Shown here piece after piece: positions 61,748 to 64,000 of a stretch of 64,000 bases of DNA (the stretch's first letter is position 1; the number at the start of each line of letters is the position of its first letter). Both the position numbers and the translations under genes were made by a program. The notes under the pieces were generated by a model. The model made no database searches. It was not told the origin of the DNA and worked only from the letters and a program-made list of their open reading frames with translations. Location of the stretch: NCBI GenBank assembly GCA_048772705.1, contig JBLWGC010000136.1, positions 56,123 through 120,122 of the forward strand, read 5' to 3'. Source of the stretch: Leidyana gryllorum EB-2025a (taxonomy: Eukaryota; Protista; Apicomplexa).

Positions 61748-62536
61748 TAAGGATTGAAGAGAAGTGTGAAAATGAAAGACTGATGTTAGCTGCCCGTGTC
61801 TCCTCTCCCTGTCCCATTCTGTCATTCTCTGACAGAAAAGTATCATCTCACCTGACGTAGCGAGAGAGTCTGTCAGAGCCCTCGCGGTGGTTGTGGGGTG
61901 CTCGATGTCGCTTTGGGACAGATCGATCCTTAAGAGCACATTTTCTGTCGGGTTTTGTTACGCTGCCTTTTCAACAGTGTTGTGTGTGCTCGTACTTCTC
62001 GAACATGTTTGACAAGCTTTCAGAATCTGTCGATCGCAACTCCTGTTCAACCCACCCGACAGCGTTTCCCTTGTACAATATTGGCTGCACTCACGAGCAC
62101 CGAAGCTGCAATGGTGGCTTGCCGGGGGACGGCACACTTGCTTCGTCGGACGAGTTCGCCAGAAGATGGGTACGTCAGCATCCCATCATCGCTGCAAGAG
62201 CACTTGTGGCGGTCCCAATCGAGGCGACATCCCCATTGACAGCAAAGGAGTGATCCACTTGTCGTTGTGGCTGGTCGCGCACCCCCTCCCCCGCATTGAA
62301 ATCGTTTCGGCCAGCAAATTCCTAACTGAGCTTTTTCCACCTGCTGTGACGCTTGGCCTGCGTTCTTGGAAGCTTTCTTGCGCAGATGACAGGCTCGATG
62401 GTCCAGCGTTTGTTTTGGTGATTTGCATCACTGTTCTGTCCACTGGGCACTGCGTGTTACGGCAGGTACCACATGTGTTGTGTCCTATCACACCAGGGTA
62501 CTATGGCGCGCCTTAGAAAAACAATGTTAGATAGTT

Positions 62537-64000
62537 ATGATTGATCTTCTGTTGGACTCAAATTTGTGGTTTCCTGCGGGTTGGGGAAGTATGTCGGTCA
62601 GCCACAATATCGCCCCACATACTCCAGTGTGTACAAGGCTTGCTGAGACCCACCCAGCTGGTGATAGACTTACTGGACTTGGATCTTTTGCAACAATGGA
62701 GTGATTATGCTGAATGGTGGTCAGGCGCCGCGGAGAGCGTGGAATCGCTCATTCTAACGGGGCCCCTTTCGAGGTGGTCACCGCGATTGCTGGTCGAGCT
62801 CTCGAGGCTGTGTTCGACGGAATGCATGCCTCGATTGAAAGACTGTCGTCTGAATTATGGTGCTGCGTTCCAAGATGGGGATGTCAAAATCCCCGGCTTC
62901 CCTTCACTCGAATTTCTCAATCTCGTGGGCGATTGTACCCCTTCACATGTTTCCCAGTTTCGGGGATGGCCGCGATGTATGCCCAACGTGTCTATTGATG
63001 CCCCCCGGCTGAAGGCTCTCTTTGTTGGAGCTTGGGAGCTTCAGAAGCTCAAGACTCAATTACTCGAGCCTCATGTCGCCGCCGGAGTCCTTGATGAGCT
63101 GATGTATGTATCCAGGCGGAAAGTTTTGGTCATCACCTCGGATGGGTGGAAGACCCTTTCTGAATTCGAAGCCCCACCCACGATGGAGGAACGCATCAAC
63201 GACAATGTTGTGTATGGTTGAATGCTGCTCCCGCCTGCCTTCATCCAGGAGGGGATCGCCCCTGTGTGTGAGCGGTGGCCGCGCGACCATAGGTGAGCTT
63301 CTTGAGATTGGGGCCTGTCTATGTCAGTCTTACTGCTCTCAGGGCCTGTGAGCTGATAGCGTACGTTCGCGAGTACTGGTTTCGAATGCGAAGAGATGCC
63401 CCCGTTGCCGAGCAAAAGTTGATTCGCGACATTCCTAATTGTATATCCGTTTGCAGCACGAAAGGTCACCCGGTTGCGCAGTGGCAACAGGTGATTGACA
63501 CTGGCGATATTGGCGAACTTCCGCACTGGGTGATGTGGGTCGCAACCCTCAAGTTGGCAATGACTGAAGCTTCTGGGCCAGGTGTCAGGTCTGTTGAAGA
63601 GCTCACCAAAGGCCGCGACCTCGATCTGTCGGGTCTCGAGTGTATCGTTCAAGGGTGGGGGTCCTCCCTTCTGGGGCCCGGAAAAATGAGACGTTTCTGG
63701 AAGAGAGTGCGCGGATGTGCATCTTTGCGTCGCCTAGAACTCGAAACCGAAATATGGGCAGGAATGCTGGTTCGTAAATTGCCGGATCCTTTTCCACCAA
63801 GAGCTGTCCGATTGTGGGTGGACTCTCACAGACGGCTGCCGGCGTCATTCGCATGCGCCAAAGTCTATCAAAGTTTCATTGTGCGTGCCAAACTAGACTA
63901 TCTGACGGTTATCGGTGGTATCGGGAAACTCGCGCCAAATCACCTGGACGTATCTCGCAGCCCGCGGGTGTCTCAGACATGGCCGTCGACTTCGGTACGT
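62537..64000 (+). pseudogene. F-box-like paralogue of 58494-60463 with apparent frameshift and in-frame stop (runs off window)
   Basis: ATG ATT GAT CTT CTG T TGG ACT CAA needs one base removed to give MIDLLWTQICGFL. TGA at 63219-63221. Homology (IDAPRLKAL, GWKT, SLRRLEL, FPPRAVRL) continues after an intron at the same position as in the paralogue. Confidence 0.6.

Noticed and set aside
63219-63221. TGA recoding (Sec/Trp) in the second F-box-like gene
   Set aside because: TGA is used as a normal stop in many genes here, and the same gene also carries a frameshift. Pseudogene or hidden intron is simpler.
1-64000. tRNA, rRNA, transposase or reverse-transcriptase genes
   Set aside because: None recognised by eye. 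tRNAscan-SE, Infernal and RepeatModeler would be needed to exclude short or divergent ones.

Overview
Gene-dense eukaryotic DNA with many tiny GT-AG introns (those I measured are 37-47 nt) and intergenic gaps often only 5-40 bp. Gene content (PepN-type M1 peptidase, secreted PA14/discoidin protein, CCCH proteins) suggests a genome-reduced apicomplexan, possibly a gregarine; this taxon call is inference. About 30 genes can be reconstructed: a 14-3-3 5' end, SBDS, exportin-7, a tandem GST-fold protein, NUFIP1/Rsa1, a DMT-like transporter, a TBC RabGAP, two CCCH proteins, two tandem PiT transporters, EB1, ZNHIT1/SWC6, M1 aminopeptidase, a Core-2/I-branching-like GT, a WDR44-like protein, two RING E3s, a BUD23-like methyltransferase, a wolframin-like protein, a plant-type UGT, dolichol kinase, dynamitin, an SCP phosphatase, and an F-box gene with a disrupted paralogue. 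The standout non-coding feature is a 2.4-kb modular, G-skewed higher-order repeat array (17097-19476). It has about 34 copies of a nearly invariant core and a longer module whose hairpin survives sequence divergence, and its last unit supplies the final codons and stop of the adjacent gene. Also notable are three outsized introns in exportin-7 and NUFIP1 (two of them visibly structured) and a gene birth/death zone at 58-64 kb. Gene spans were spliced by eye and protein calls rest on remembered motifs, not database searches.
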